The notes under the pieces: model-generated
What the model was told of the DNA's origin: nothing
Seen by the model: the letters and a program-made list of their open reading frames with translations, nothing else
Database searches by the model: none
DNA from: an uncultured Sulfurospirillum sp.
GTDB taxonomy: Bacteria > Campylobacterota > Campylobacteria > Campylobacterales > QNZT01
NCBI GenBank assembly: GCA_964651755.1
Contig: CAZYZD010000001.1
Span: 1-55,386, forward strand
DNA: 55,386 bases
Reading direction: 5' to 3'
Program-made: the position numbers and the translations under genes
In this document: piece after piece, positions 29,448 to 37,661 of the stretch
How the letters are laid out: every line of letters begins with the position of its first letter
Numbering within the stretch: the first letter of the stretch is position 1

Positions 29448-31766
29448 ATGGACATGAACTATGAGGGAAATGTGATCAAGCTGGAAAAATTTCTGGCAGA
29501 ACTATTTAAACATAAACTCTCCAATTTAATAATCATAACCTTATTTGTTCTGTTTGGTTATCTTTACTATAAGGTCACTACTCCTGTCTATATGTCCCGG
29601 GCAACAATTGAGATTAAAAATCCCCAGCCCACAAGAGACAATATGCTTTTTACGCTGGATACTACTACAAATCTGGAAACAGATAAAGACATTCTCAAAT
29701 CCGATCGTCTTATTGAACGAACTATCAAAACACTGGGTGGTTTTGTCGACTATAATTATCATCAAACTTTAAAAACTGTAACACTTTATAAAAATACACC
29801 TTTTGTAGTAAAAAATTTTATCATATACAATCCAGAACTCTATGGAACAGAACTACTGATACATGATATAGGGGAGAACCATTACCGCCTTGAAGTAAAA
29901 CACTCCTTTTTAAAAAAAAATCTCTCCAGACTTGGTTTCAAAAACAAAAAATATTCATTTGAAAATCAAGTATATACATACAACAAGCCTTTTGCAACAA
30001 AAGATATAGCACTTTTGATTATTAAGAAGAGAGATTTCCTCCATAAAAAATATGGTTTTATCATTCACAATAAACTTGAAACAATTGCAAATGTAAAAAA
30101 CCGACTAAATATTACACCTATGTCACCCCGCTCAAATATTCTTAAATTGACCTATAAAGATTATAATCCCATACGTGCCAGAGATTTTCTTAATACACTC
30201 ACCCAACACTTCCTACACTACAGTGTATCTGATCAGACAGAAACACAAAAAAGCAAACTTGCTTTTATCAATCAGCAGCTTGCTTTGGTAAAAAGTAAAC
30301 TAATCCTTTCCGAAAATCAGCTGGAAAAATTTAAAGTCAGCCATAATATTGCAGATATCGAAACCCAGCGAAACGAAATTATCAAAAAAATTGCCCAGAT
30401 AGAAACAGAATATGAAGAGAGTAAAATAGAGTATCAAAGAGTCAATCTTCTCTACAGAGAGATTCATAAAAACAATTATGCCGTTTTGGGAATCATTGGT
30501 AATCACTATCCAACTTTGGCAGATATGTTACAAACACTTGAAAATCTTACTGCCCAAAAAGAAGCCATGCTTGCAAACCTGACAGAACGACACCCGGATG
30601 TTATCAGTATCAGAAAAAATATTGCAGATTTACAAACAAATATCAAAAAACTGGTAAATGCTATTCGTAAAGATATCAATAAAAAATATCACACACTTAC
30701 CAAAAATCTCACAGAAGCAAAAAAATCTCTCAATGCCTTTCCTAGTCAGGAAAAAGAGTTTGCACGACTGAAACGTATTTTCGATGTCAATGACAAAATG
30801 TATAACTATCTTTTGAAAAAACAATCCGAACTTTCCATTAAAGATAAAGCTTTAAATTCTAATAAAAAGATCCTTGACAAAGCCAAAATCGCACCTAAAC
30901 CATTAAGTCCGAAACTTGGTGCAGCAATTGCTGTCAGCACACTTCTGGGACTTTTTACAATAGCTATTCTGACACTTTATCGCATCAAGAAAAATGTCAT
31001 TGTAAAAAGTGCTGTTGATATCAGCGAAATATCTGATGTACCTATTTTTGGTCTTATTCCCTATGTAGAAAACACCCATCTCTACAACCGAGCCTATGTA
31101 ATCGCCGATCCAAATTCACCGGCAAGTGAAGCTTTCAGGATCATACGTACCAACCTGGACTATATAGTCACAGATGAAAAATCCAAAGTGATTCTGGTCA
31201 CCTCCTCCGTACCAAACGAAGGCAAAACTGTTGTCTCATCCAATCTGGCAGCTGTTATAGGGATGGGAGAGAAAAAAACAATACTTGTTTCTCTTGATCT
31301 GCGCCGTCCCGAACTTCATCACAAATTTGGACTTCCAAACAATTTTGGGATGAGCGACGTCCTTTCAAACAGAAAAAAATTACATGATGTTATCTGGAGA
31401 CATGAACATTTTCCAAATTTACATATTATTACTTCTGGAAGAATACCGCCAAATCCTGCCGAACTGGTCAACTCAAAACGGACTGCAGAAATCATAGATA
31501 CACTCAAAAAAGAGTATGATTATGTCATTATAGATACGCCTCCAGTAAAATATGTCGCAGATGCTATATCTCTTTTTAAATATGCAGATATCAAACTTTT
31601 TGTATTAAAATCTGAATTTTCACAAAAAAAGCATGTCAAAGAGATTGAAGAACTGATTCACAAATATAAACTGAAACATTGTGGATTTATCCTCAACTCT
31701 GTCAAAGAGAAGTATCTGAACAAAGCCTATTTCGATAAAAAATATATCTTTTACGACTATCTTTAA
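29448..31766 (+). CDS. Wzc-like polysaccharide co-polymerase fused to BY-type tyrosine autokinase
   Basis: Two TM helices flank a long coiled-coil periplasmic domain. Kinase Walker A SSVPNEGKT, Walker A' VSLDLRRP, Walker B YVIIDTPP. Tyr-rich tail KYLNKAYFDKKYIFYDYL. Confidence 0.85.
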   Translation: MDMNYEGNVIKLEKFLAELFKHKLSNLIIITLFVLFGYLYYKVTTPVYMSRATIEIKNPQPTRDNMLFTLDTTTNLETDKDILKSDRLIERTIKTLGGFVDYNYHQTLKTVTLYKNTPFVVKNFIIYNPELYGTELLIHDIGENHYRLEVKHSFLKKNLSRLGFKNKKYSFENQVYTYNKPFATKDIALLIIKKRDFLHKKYGFIIHNKLETIANVKNRLNITPMSPRSNILKLTYKDYNPIRARDFLNTLTQHFLHYSVSDQTETQKSKLAFINQQLALVKSKLILSENQLEKFKVSHNIADIETQRNEIIKKIAQIETEYEESKIEYQRVNLLYREIHKNNYAVLGIIGNHYPTLADMLQTLENLTAQKEAMLANLTERHPDVISIRKNIADLQTNIKKLVNAIRKDINKKYHTLTKNLTEAKKSLNAFPSQEKEFARLKRIFDVNDKMYNYLLKKQSELSIKDKALNSNKKILDKAKIAPKPLSPKLGAAIAVSTLLGLFTIAILTLYRIKKNVIVKSAVDISEISDVPIFGLIPYVENTHLYNRAYVIADPNSPASEAFRIIRTNLDYIVTDEKSKVILVTSSVPNEGKTVVSSNLAAVIGMGEKKTILVSLDLRRPELHHKFGLPNNFGMSDVLSNRKKLHDVIWRHEHFPNLHIITSGRIPPNPAELVNSKRTAEIIDTLKKEYDYVIIDTPPVKYVADAISLFKYADIKLFVLKSEFSQKKHVKEIEELIHKYKLKHCGFILNSVKEKYLNKAYFDKKYIFYDYL

Positions 31767-31807
31767 TATGATATATTTTGAAGTAAAGAGAGGATATTAT
31801 CACCTTT

Positions 31808-32896
31808 ATGAAGCCACATAAAAAACGTATATTCTTCTTTCTTCCATTTATGAACGGCGGCGGTGCCGAAAGAGTTGTCCTTACACTTTTGACACATCTT
31901 GACAAAACAAAATTTGAACCTACTCTTGTACTGCTCAAAAAAGAGGGACGCTACCTTCCTCTTGTTCCAAAAGATATCAAAATCATCGATCTTCAAGTCA
32001 CACAAGCACGTTATGCTCTCTTTAAAATTGTACAACTTGTCAAAAAAGAGAAACCGGATATCATTTTTACCACCCTCGCCTACCTCAACCTTATTATTGC
32101 ACTTATCATTCCTCTTTTTAAGAATAGCGTCATGTTTATTGCCCGTGAATCCAATACCGTTTCTGTCAGGAACAAAAGAGAAAAATATCCCAAAATTTTT
32201 GACTGGCTCTATCGAAATATCTACAAAAATTTTCATCATATTGTCACACAGGCAGAAGCAATGAGGGAAGATCTTCAAAAAAACTACAAAATTCCCGTAT
32301 CAAAAATGCAAATCATATACAATCCGGTTGATAGCAATTATATTCGAAGTATGTCACTAAAAAAATCAGAACTATTGCCCAAAACAAAATATAACCTGCT
32401 TGCAGTAGGTAGACTGGACTATGAAAAAGGATTTGATTTGCTGCTTCAAAGTATTTCTCAACTTGATGAAAGCTACCACCTCACAATTTTGGGAGAAGGA
32501 GAAGAGAAAGAAGCACTTTTACTCCAGACAAAAGCCCTAAAGCTTGAAAACCAAGTCACCTTTGCCGGTTTTACAGATAATCCCTACGCTTATATGAAAG
32601 AAGCAGATCTTCTGGTACTGAGTTCGCGTTATGAAGGTTTACCAAATGTTATTCTCGAAGCAAACTGCTGCGGTACACCTGTTGTTGCCTATGACTCGGC
32701 AGGAGGAACGGGGGAGATTGTTCATAACGGGGAAAACGGTTATTTGGTACCTCCGTTTGATACTGTATTATTTGCAAAAACCATAGAAAAAGCACGTCAT
32801 CACACTTTTGATTCCCAAACTATTGCACAACATACGGAAGAGCTTTTTGGTATCGATAAAGTGATTCAAAAATACGAAAACCTATTTTTATCATAA
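31808..32896 (+). CDS. glycosyltransferase family 4
   Basis: N-terminal MNGGGAERV and C-terminal LSSRYEGLPNVILEANCCGTPVVAYD (E-x7-E). Confidence 0.85.
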   Translation: MKPHKKRIFFFLPFMNGGGAERVVLTLLTHLDKTKFEPTLVLLKKEGRYLPLVPKDIKIIDLQVTQARYALFKIVQLVKKEKPDIIFTTLAYLNLIIALIIPLFKNSVMFIARESNTVSVRNKREKYPKIFDWLYRNIYKNFHHIVTQAEAMREDLQKNYKIPVSKMQIIYNPVDSNYIRSMSLKKSELLPKTKYNLLAVGRLDYEKGFDLLLQSISQLDESYHLTILGEGEEKEALLLQTKALKLENQVTFAGFTDNPYAYMKEADLLVLSSRYEGLPNVILEANCCGTPVVAYDSAGGTGEIVHNGENGYLVPPFDTVLFAKTIEKARHHTFDSQTIAQHTEELFGIDKVIQKYENLFLS

Positions 32897-32919
32897 AAAT
32901 ATTTTGGGGAAAATGTTAA

Positions 32920-33207
32920 TTATCGAAGTTGACGCCCTTTTTTACATTTTTCCAGCTCTTTTTTCAATCTTTTGATTTCAGCCTTTAACATTGCATTCTC
33001 TTCTTTGAGACTTTTTGGCGGATTTTGTAAAATAATCTCTTCCGACAACTCTGCTTCCACTTCATCATCCAGTAAAATATAAACTATCTCCTTACCATTT
33101 TCTTCAACTGTTTCTGTCTTTACTTTTCCTTCACGCGTCATTTTAATAACATTATAGATACTAAGTTTGTGTGTTCTGGCATACTCTTTAATAGTAGCTC
33201 TCTTCAT
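32920..33207 (-). CDS. small DNA-binding protein (excisionase/MerR-like HTH plus C-terminal coiled coil)
   Basis: TIKEYARTHKLSIYNVIKMTREGKV resembles HTH_17-type helix-turn-helix. The C-terminal EENAMLKAEIKRLKKELEK is zipper-like. Confidence 0.45.
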   Translation of the reverse strand: MKRATIKEYARTHKLSIYNVIKMTREGKVKTETVEENGKEIVYILLDDEVEAELSEEIILQNPPKSLKEENAMLKAEIKRLKKELEKCKKGRQLR

Positions 33208-33277
33208 GAAGCCTCCTGAATATTTTTTGCAAATTGTACAAAGAGTGTGCTAAAGTTTCCTATGCTACACTACTTCT

Positions 33278-33742
33278 ATGACAAAAAACAAAATATTACA
33301 ACAACTACAACAGATTGAACAATTTGACAATACAAAAATGCTGGAAATTTTTCGTCTTGGCGAAATGGAAATACCAAAAGAGCGACTTGAAGGCTATCTT
33401 GCAACACCTGAAGAGAAACACTATCTTGACTGCGGCGCACAGGCATTGGGGCACTTTCTGGATGGGCTTATTCTTTACAAACGCGGTCCGTCTGATAAAA
33501 AAACCTCTGATGAGACACCAGTAGCACTGACAAATAATTTGATCTTAAAAAAACTTCGTATTGCTTATGATCTTAAAGAAGCTGATTTATTTGCCATTTT
33601 CAATGCAGTGGATATAGAGATTACAAAAGGTGAACTCAGCTCTTTATTTCGTAAAGAAGATCATAAGAAATTCAGATTCTGCCCGGACTCGATACTGGAA
33701 CTCTTTTTAGAGGGATTAAAGATTTGTGAACAAAAAATTTAA
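33278..33742 (+). CDS. DUF1456 (YehS) family protein
   Basis: Duplicated module. NNLILKKLRIAYDLKEADLFAIF and HKKFRFCPDSILELFLEGL match my recollection of E. coli YehS (NNIVLKKLRIAFSLK..., HKNFRECGDQFLRYFLRGL). Confidence 0.65.
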   Translation: MTKNKILQQLQQIEQFDNTKMLEIFRLGEMEIPKERLEGYLATPEEKHYLDCGAQALGHFLDGLILYKRGPSDKKTSDETPVALTNNLILKKLRIAYDLKEADLFAIFNAVDIEITKGELSSLFRKEDHKKFRFCPDSILELFLEGLKICEQKI

Positions 33743-33753
33743 TACTTTATATT

Positions 33754-33897
33754 TTACTTCTGTTCAAATATATTTTTCAACTTCTGTAAAACGCTATCTT
33801 GAGATTTAAGTCCCACTCTTTCACGTAAAGCTTTAATCTCATAATAGAGCTTTCGCAAATGTACAGGTACATAAATCTCAAATTCTTCTTTTTTCAT
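33754..33897 (-). CDS. 47-aa ORF, ribbon-helix-helix-like, translationally coupled to the MotB-like gene
   Basis: Not in the ORF track (<60 aa). Hand translation: MKKEEFEIYVPVHLRKLYYEIKALRERVGLKSQDSVLQKLKNIFEQK. Its ATG overlaps the upstream TGA (ATGA at 33894-33897). A short beta segment followed by two helices resembles CopG/Arc-type RHH proteins. Confidence 0.4.
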   Translation of the reverse strand: MKKEEFEIYVPVHLRKLYYEIKALRERVGLKSQDSVLQKLKNIFEQK

Positions 33898-34985
33898 CTA
33901 TTTAAAAATTTCTCCAGTTCTTTAATCGCTTTTTCATTTTTGATACGAAATTTGATCTCAATTCTTCTGGAAGCGCTTTTATCTTCATTGCCGTTATTAT
34001 CATAAATAAGATCCGCATAGGATCTGCCGCTTGCACTCAAATATTTACTATATAGTTCCCTGTTTGAAGGATCACTTTCATATAAAAACTTCATAACTTC
34101 CAAAGCACGCTTTTGGGAAAGCGCAAGATTATACAAATAACCTCCCACACTGTCAGTATGCCCTTCAATTGTGATACCCTCTATATAATTACGTATCTCT
34201 TTATCCAAAAGCAGTGTCAAGATATACTTTTGCAAGATCGCCTTAAGTTCCTTTTTTGCCGAAGGTTTGAGTTTATAGGCACCTTGATTAAAGAGAATAT
34301 TTGAAGAAAAACGCATTGCACCGCTTTTTGGATCAATCTGAATCGAATCACCCAGTTTCTCTTTAAGTTTACTGACAACTTTAATACGAATACCAGTCAA
34401 ATTCTTAATTTTGACTTTGGTAATATTGAGTTCATCTACAAGTTTTTGATGTTCTATACTTTGATGAAGCAGTTTTTTACCAAGTGCTGCGATCTCTTCA
34501 TCTTTTAATATCATGATGTTTCGTATAGCCGATAAATTCTGTTCCAGAATATCTGCCCTGCCGGTTTCATAAAGCAACTTGTTCTGAGTCTCATTCAGAT
34601 CACTTTGCAAGGAGGAAATTTCTGTCTGAAATGCTTTTTCACCCTCTTCATAATCCAAAATCAATGCTTTAAGTTTTGCCACTTCATTTGCCTGTAAAGT
34701 CAAATTTTTGACAAATGATTCTTTCTCCTTTTTCATCTTTGCAAGATCTTCAATACTTTTATGCAATTTTCGACGAAGTTCCTGAACCTTTTTATTTTTA
34801 CTTTCCAAAGCCTGTTCACTCAAGCCCAGTGCTTCCCTTTTTTGTGCTAAATCCTGCTGTACATAAACATACCGCACTACAATAGCCCCAACAACAAGAA
34901 TAAAAACGAACAAAAGTCCTGCCATCAAGTCAGCATAGGATATCCAAAAGTTTTGTTCCTCTTTTTCATGATCTTGCTTATACAT
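33894..34985 (-). CDS. MotB/OmpA-family protein with long coiled-coil spacer
   Basis: N-terminal WISYADLMAGLLFVFILVVGAIVV (MotB-type TM helix with conserved Asp), ~170 aa of heptad-rich sequence, and a C-terminal OmpA-like peptidoglycan-binding domain (IEGHTDSVGGYLYNLALSQKRALEV...SASRRIEI). Confidence 0.8.
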   Translation of the reverse strand: MYKQDHEKEEQNFWISYADLMAGLLFVFILVVGAIVVRYVYVQQDLAQKREALGLSEQALESKNKKVQELRRKLHKSIEDLAKMKKEKESFVKNLTLQANEVAKLKALILDYEEGEKAFQTEISSLQSDLNETQNKLLYETGRADILEQNLSAIRNIMILKDEEIAALGKKLLHQSIEHQKLVDELNITKVKIKNLTGIRIKVVSKLKEKLGDSIQIDPKSGAMRFSSNILFNQGAYKLKPSAKKELKAILQKYILTLLLDKEIRNYIEGITIEGHTDSVGGYLYNLALSQKRALEVMKFLYESDPSNRELYSKYLSASGRSYADLIYDNNGNEDKSASRRIEIKFRIKNEKAIKELEKFLNR

Positions 34986-34989
34986 ACAA

Positions 34990-36288
34990 CTATCCGTCCA
35001 TATCTTTCAACGAAGAGAGCTGCCGAATAATTTTTGCAGTTTCGGAATCTATCAGCTCCAGAGAAGTACGTAGTTTATTCGTATAGGATTCATCAAAATT
35101 ATTCAGATGCCTGTTAAATGCCACTGCCACTTTCTGGCTCTCAAGACGCATACTATTCAGACTCTCCTGAACATGTTTATAGAGCTTTTCTATATGTTCG
35201 GCATTGACACTTTCAAGCGCCCGGCTAAGCTCTTCCGTATGTTTTGCCAATAGTTGCGTCGTTCTCGATAAATTATCTTCCCTTACAGCCAAATCCTGAT
35301 TTACCAGGCGTAATAGTTTATGCGTACTCTCCAAAGAGTACACAACATCTTCCATCTTATTACGAATGTGTTCATACGCGCCGAAAAGCTGTTCACTCAT
35401 CTGCATACTTTTTTCACTGAGTTTGATAATCTCTTCAAAATGTTCGGTAGATTTTTGAAATGCTTTTTGTTCTTGATGTATAATCGACTCAAACATCTGC
35501 ATTCTCTCTTGCAAGGTATCTTGAAGATTATCTATAAATTCATTGGAAGAAATTTTGGTGAAAAGTGTATTGAGGTTTTCAAAATTTTTCATACTCTGGG
35601 TAAAATGTACCTGTTCAATCTCCTCTTTTGTCCAGAAAAAGCTACGTGTTTTTTCACGAATAATACGTACGTGCCGTTCAAATTCACTCATCCCCTTTTT
35701 CTCAAAAAAGATCCACCATAAAGAGAGGAAAATACCGTAAATAGAGACATAAAATGCTGTACCTACACCACCCAAAAGCTGAGAAATCTCCTGTTCCAGC
35801 TGGGCAGAATCCTGAGAAGAAAAATCCGGCATAGTCAAAGCGATGGAGATAAAAGTTCCCAAAATACCCAACGTAGGAAAAACACTTGCCGCTACTGAAG
35901 CGAAATTATCGTTGCGCAGCGAAGTAGTAAAATTTTTAATAAACTGATCAAACGGTGCATTTGCTTTGTGTACTCCACCTATATCAAGCAAATTTTTATC
36001 GATATATTTTTCCAAAGCTGCCCCAAGCACCCCTTGTTTTCTTTTAAACTTGCATGCCGCATAATAGGCATTGTGCTTCATAAAAAGAAGGTAAATAATA
36101 AAGATCATCCCTATCATCACTACACTATGAAACTCCATACGCAAAGATATCATCTTCAAATAAGCAGCTACGGCACCGGCAAATATCAGCAAAGGAATCC
36201 ATGCCAACCATATCAAACGACTAAAACAACTCCCCTGTTTACGGCTACTGACATGAAAGTCTACCAATTCATCTTCATCATACTTCAT
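34990..36288 (-). CDS. MotA/TolQ/ExbB-family proton-channel protein with ~235-aa C-terminal coiled-coil tail
   Basis: Four hydrophobic helices. The last pair (FPTLGILGTFISIAL ... LGGVGTAFYVSIYGIFLSLWWIFF) matches the MotA_ExbB channel signature. Residues ~200-432 are Glu/Lys/Gln/Leu-rich helical sequence. Confidence 0.75.
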   Translation of the reverse strand: MKYDEDELVDFHVSSRKQGSCFSRLIWLAWIPLLIFAGAVAAYLKMISLRMEFHSVVMIGMIFIIYLLFMKHNAYYAACKFKRKQGVLGAALEKYIDKNLLDIGGVHKANAPFDQFIKNFTTSLRNDNFASVAASVFPTLGILGTFISIALTMPDFSSQDSAQLEQEISQLLGGVGTAFYVSIYGIFLSLWWIFFEKKGMSEFERHVRIIREKTRSFFWTKEEIEQVHFTQSMKNFENLNTLFTKISSNEFIDNLQDTLQERMQMFESIIHQEQKAFQKSTEHFEEIIKLSEKSMQMSEQLFGAYEHIRNKMEDVVYSLESTHKLLRLVNQDLAVREDNLSRTTQLLAKHTEELSRALESVNAEHIEKLYKHVQESLNSMRLESQKVAVAFNRHLNNFDESYTNKLRTSLELIDSETAKIIRQLSSLKDMDG

Positions 36289-36399
36289 GAAATACTCCTG
36301 ATCTTTGGGGATTATAGCATCATAGATTTAGTATGATCTTGCAAACGATAACTATATTAGGTGTATAATGATATAAAGAGATACCCAGGAAGGAATACT

Positions 36400-36618
36400 A
36401 TGGATAATGAAATACATTTTATACTTCATCCAGATAAAGTAGAAGAATTAAAACTCTTTTCTGAAATTCTAAAAAAAGATTACAATACAATTCTCAATGA
36501 AGCACTGGAATTATATTTTGATGCTGCAAGAAAAAGGATGCTGGAAAAAAACTTTGAAGATGAAAATATGGAAACCAATCTGGATTTTGACGAATTTTGG
36601 GATGGTGTGGATATTTAA
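36400..36618 (+). CDS. 72-aa acidic protein, RHH/CopG-like N-terminus
   Basis: MDNEIHFILHPDKVEELKLFSEILKKDYNTILNEALELYF has a beta-helix-helix pattern, followed by an acidic tail. Start moved to the ATG at 36400 (AGGAAGGA upstream), because the track's GTG start at 36361 lies in a TATAAT-like box (36364-36369). Confidence 0.45.
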   Translation: MDNEIHFILHPDKVEELKLFSEILKKDYNTILNEALELYFDAARKRMLEKNFEDENMETNLDFDEFWDGVDI

Positions 36619-36780
36619 CTATTTTTCCTGATATTTACTGCAATCCTTTCCGCTGCTTTTTTTCACAACAGCGGAAGGAATTTGCAGAGATTTAAAACCA
36701 AAAGCTTTGCACCCATGGGGCTGATTTTTATCCCATGTCACATAATAGTAACGGCAACGCTTACAGTTTATTTTTAACAA
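36619..36780 (-). CDS. 53-aa Cys-rich (zinc-ribbon-like) small protein, TTG start
   Basis: Hand translation: (L)LKINCKRCRYYYVTWDKNQPHGCKAFGFKSLQIPSAVVKKSSGKDCSKYQEK. CxxC ... C ... C spacing. The TTG is 7 nt after an AGGAGA that sits at the end of the upstream gene. Below the 60-aa track cutoff. Confidence 0.4.
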   Translation of the reverse strand: MLKINCKRCRYYYVTWDKNQPHGCKAFGFKSLQIPSAVVKKSSGKDCSKYQEK

Positions 36781-36783
36781 ATA

Positions 36784-37482
36784 CTATCTCCTGCTTAAGA
36801 AAAGACCAACAGCCTGCAACTGTTTTCCATTTAACCCTTTACATAAACCATTTTTCACAACAAATGCTTTTGCCTCTGCCGGTGAACTGAATTTTTTATC
36901 GGTTGGTGTACACATTTTACCATAAATCATCTCTCCTTTTTTAGCCATCATTGCCTGTTTTTTGGAGATCATGGCACTATCTTTTTCAAAATCTTTTTTC
37001 GCGACTTCATATGCTCCCGCAAAATCCATCACTTTTCCACCATGTTCTTTGGCAAAAGCTTCTGCAGCTTCTTTGGAAGAGAATGCATACTTGCTTGTCA
37101 TACTCATTGTACCTTTTACATTACTTCCTACAACATATGTTGCTTTTTCAACAGGAATAAATTTCAAAGTTACAACATCTACAACTTTAATATTTTTGGG
37201 TTCTTTATGGTTGATCTCTTTATCTTCTACCAAACAGTGAATTGAACAATACTGTTTTACTTTTCCATCCACTTCAGCTGCATGATTGGACTTGTAAAAC
37301 ATCGGTAGATTCATACCACACTGAGGACAAAACATTTTGGCATCCCCTTGTTGCAGGATTTGTGCTTTATCCATTGGTACTGTTTGAAACATTTTGTGTT
37401 TCATCATCGGTTTTTGCCCCATATCGGCTCCTGCTGTCACAGACATCAAAAACATCAATGCAAATAAGAATAACTTTTTCAT
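36784..37482 (-). CDS. periplasmic protein with TRASH/YHS-like Cys motif and a NosL-like domain
   Basis: Signal peptide MKKLFLFALMFLMSVTAGA (start trimmed to the ATG at 37482). FCPQCGMNLPMF...YCSIHC metal-ribbon motif. MSMTSKYAFSSKEAAEAFAKEHGGKVMDF resembles the conserved C-terminal part of NosL. Confidence 0.55.
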   Translation of the reverse strand: MKKLFLFALMFLMSVTAGADMGQKPMMKHKMFQTVPMDKAQILQQGDAKMFCPQCGMNLPMFYKSNHAAEVDGKVKQYCSIHCLVEDKEINHKEPKNIKVVDVVTLKFIPVEKATYVVGSNVKGTMSMTSKYAFSSKEAAEAFAKEHGGKVMDFAGAYEVAKKDFEKDSAMISKKQAMMAKKGEMIYGKMCTPTDKKFSSPAEAKAFVVKNGLCKGLNGKQLQAVGLFLSRR

Positions 37483-37661
37483 AATTTTCCCCTTTTTAAA
37501 TAATTTCAAAAAAAAATTGTACAACACATTTGTTAACTTAATGTTAAACAAAACTTTAAATTATTAATAATATTTTTCTATCGATAATTAATATCTTCTT
37601 AAGCATTAAAGAAGTAAAATTCTTCTCGAAAAATAAAAATTATTCTAAAGGAGCAAATATC

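Noticed and set aside
33894-36288. Calling the MotA/MotB-like pair a Zorya defence system
   Set aside because: No ZorC/ZorD (type I), ZorE (type II) or other effector-like gene is adjacent. Only the tail-bearing MotA-like architecture is reminiscent of Zorya. Reported as an unclassified stator-like system instead.
36361-36399. Longer N-terminal extensions offered by the ORF track: the GTG start at 36361, and starts at 4914, 37551, 45557, 13807 and 21253
   Set aside because: In each case a downstream ATG gives a proper signal peptide or lipobox and/or a Shine-Dalgarno sequence, and removes implausible overlaps. The coordinates were trimmed accordingly, but the starts remain unverified.
36641-36676. 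Hairpin ttccgctg-N13-cagcggaa downstream of the RHH-like gene, considered as a terminator
   Set aside because: The T run lies in the loop rather than after the stem, and the segment falls inside the candidate 53-codon Cys-rich ORF on the other strand.
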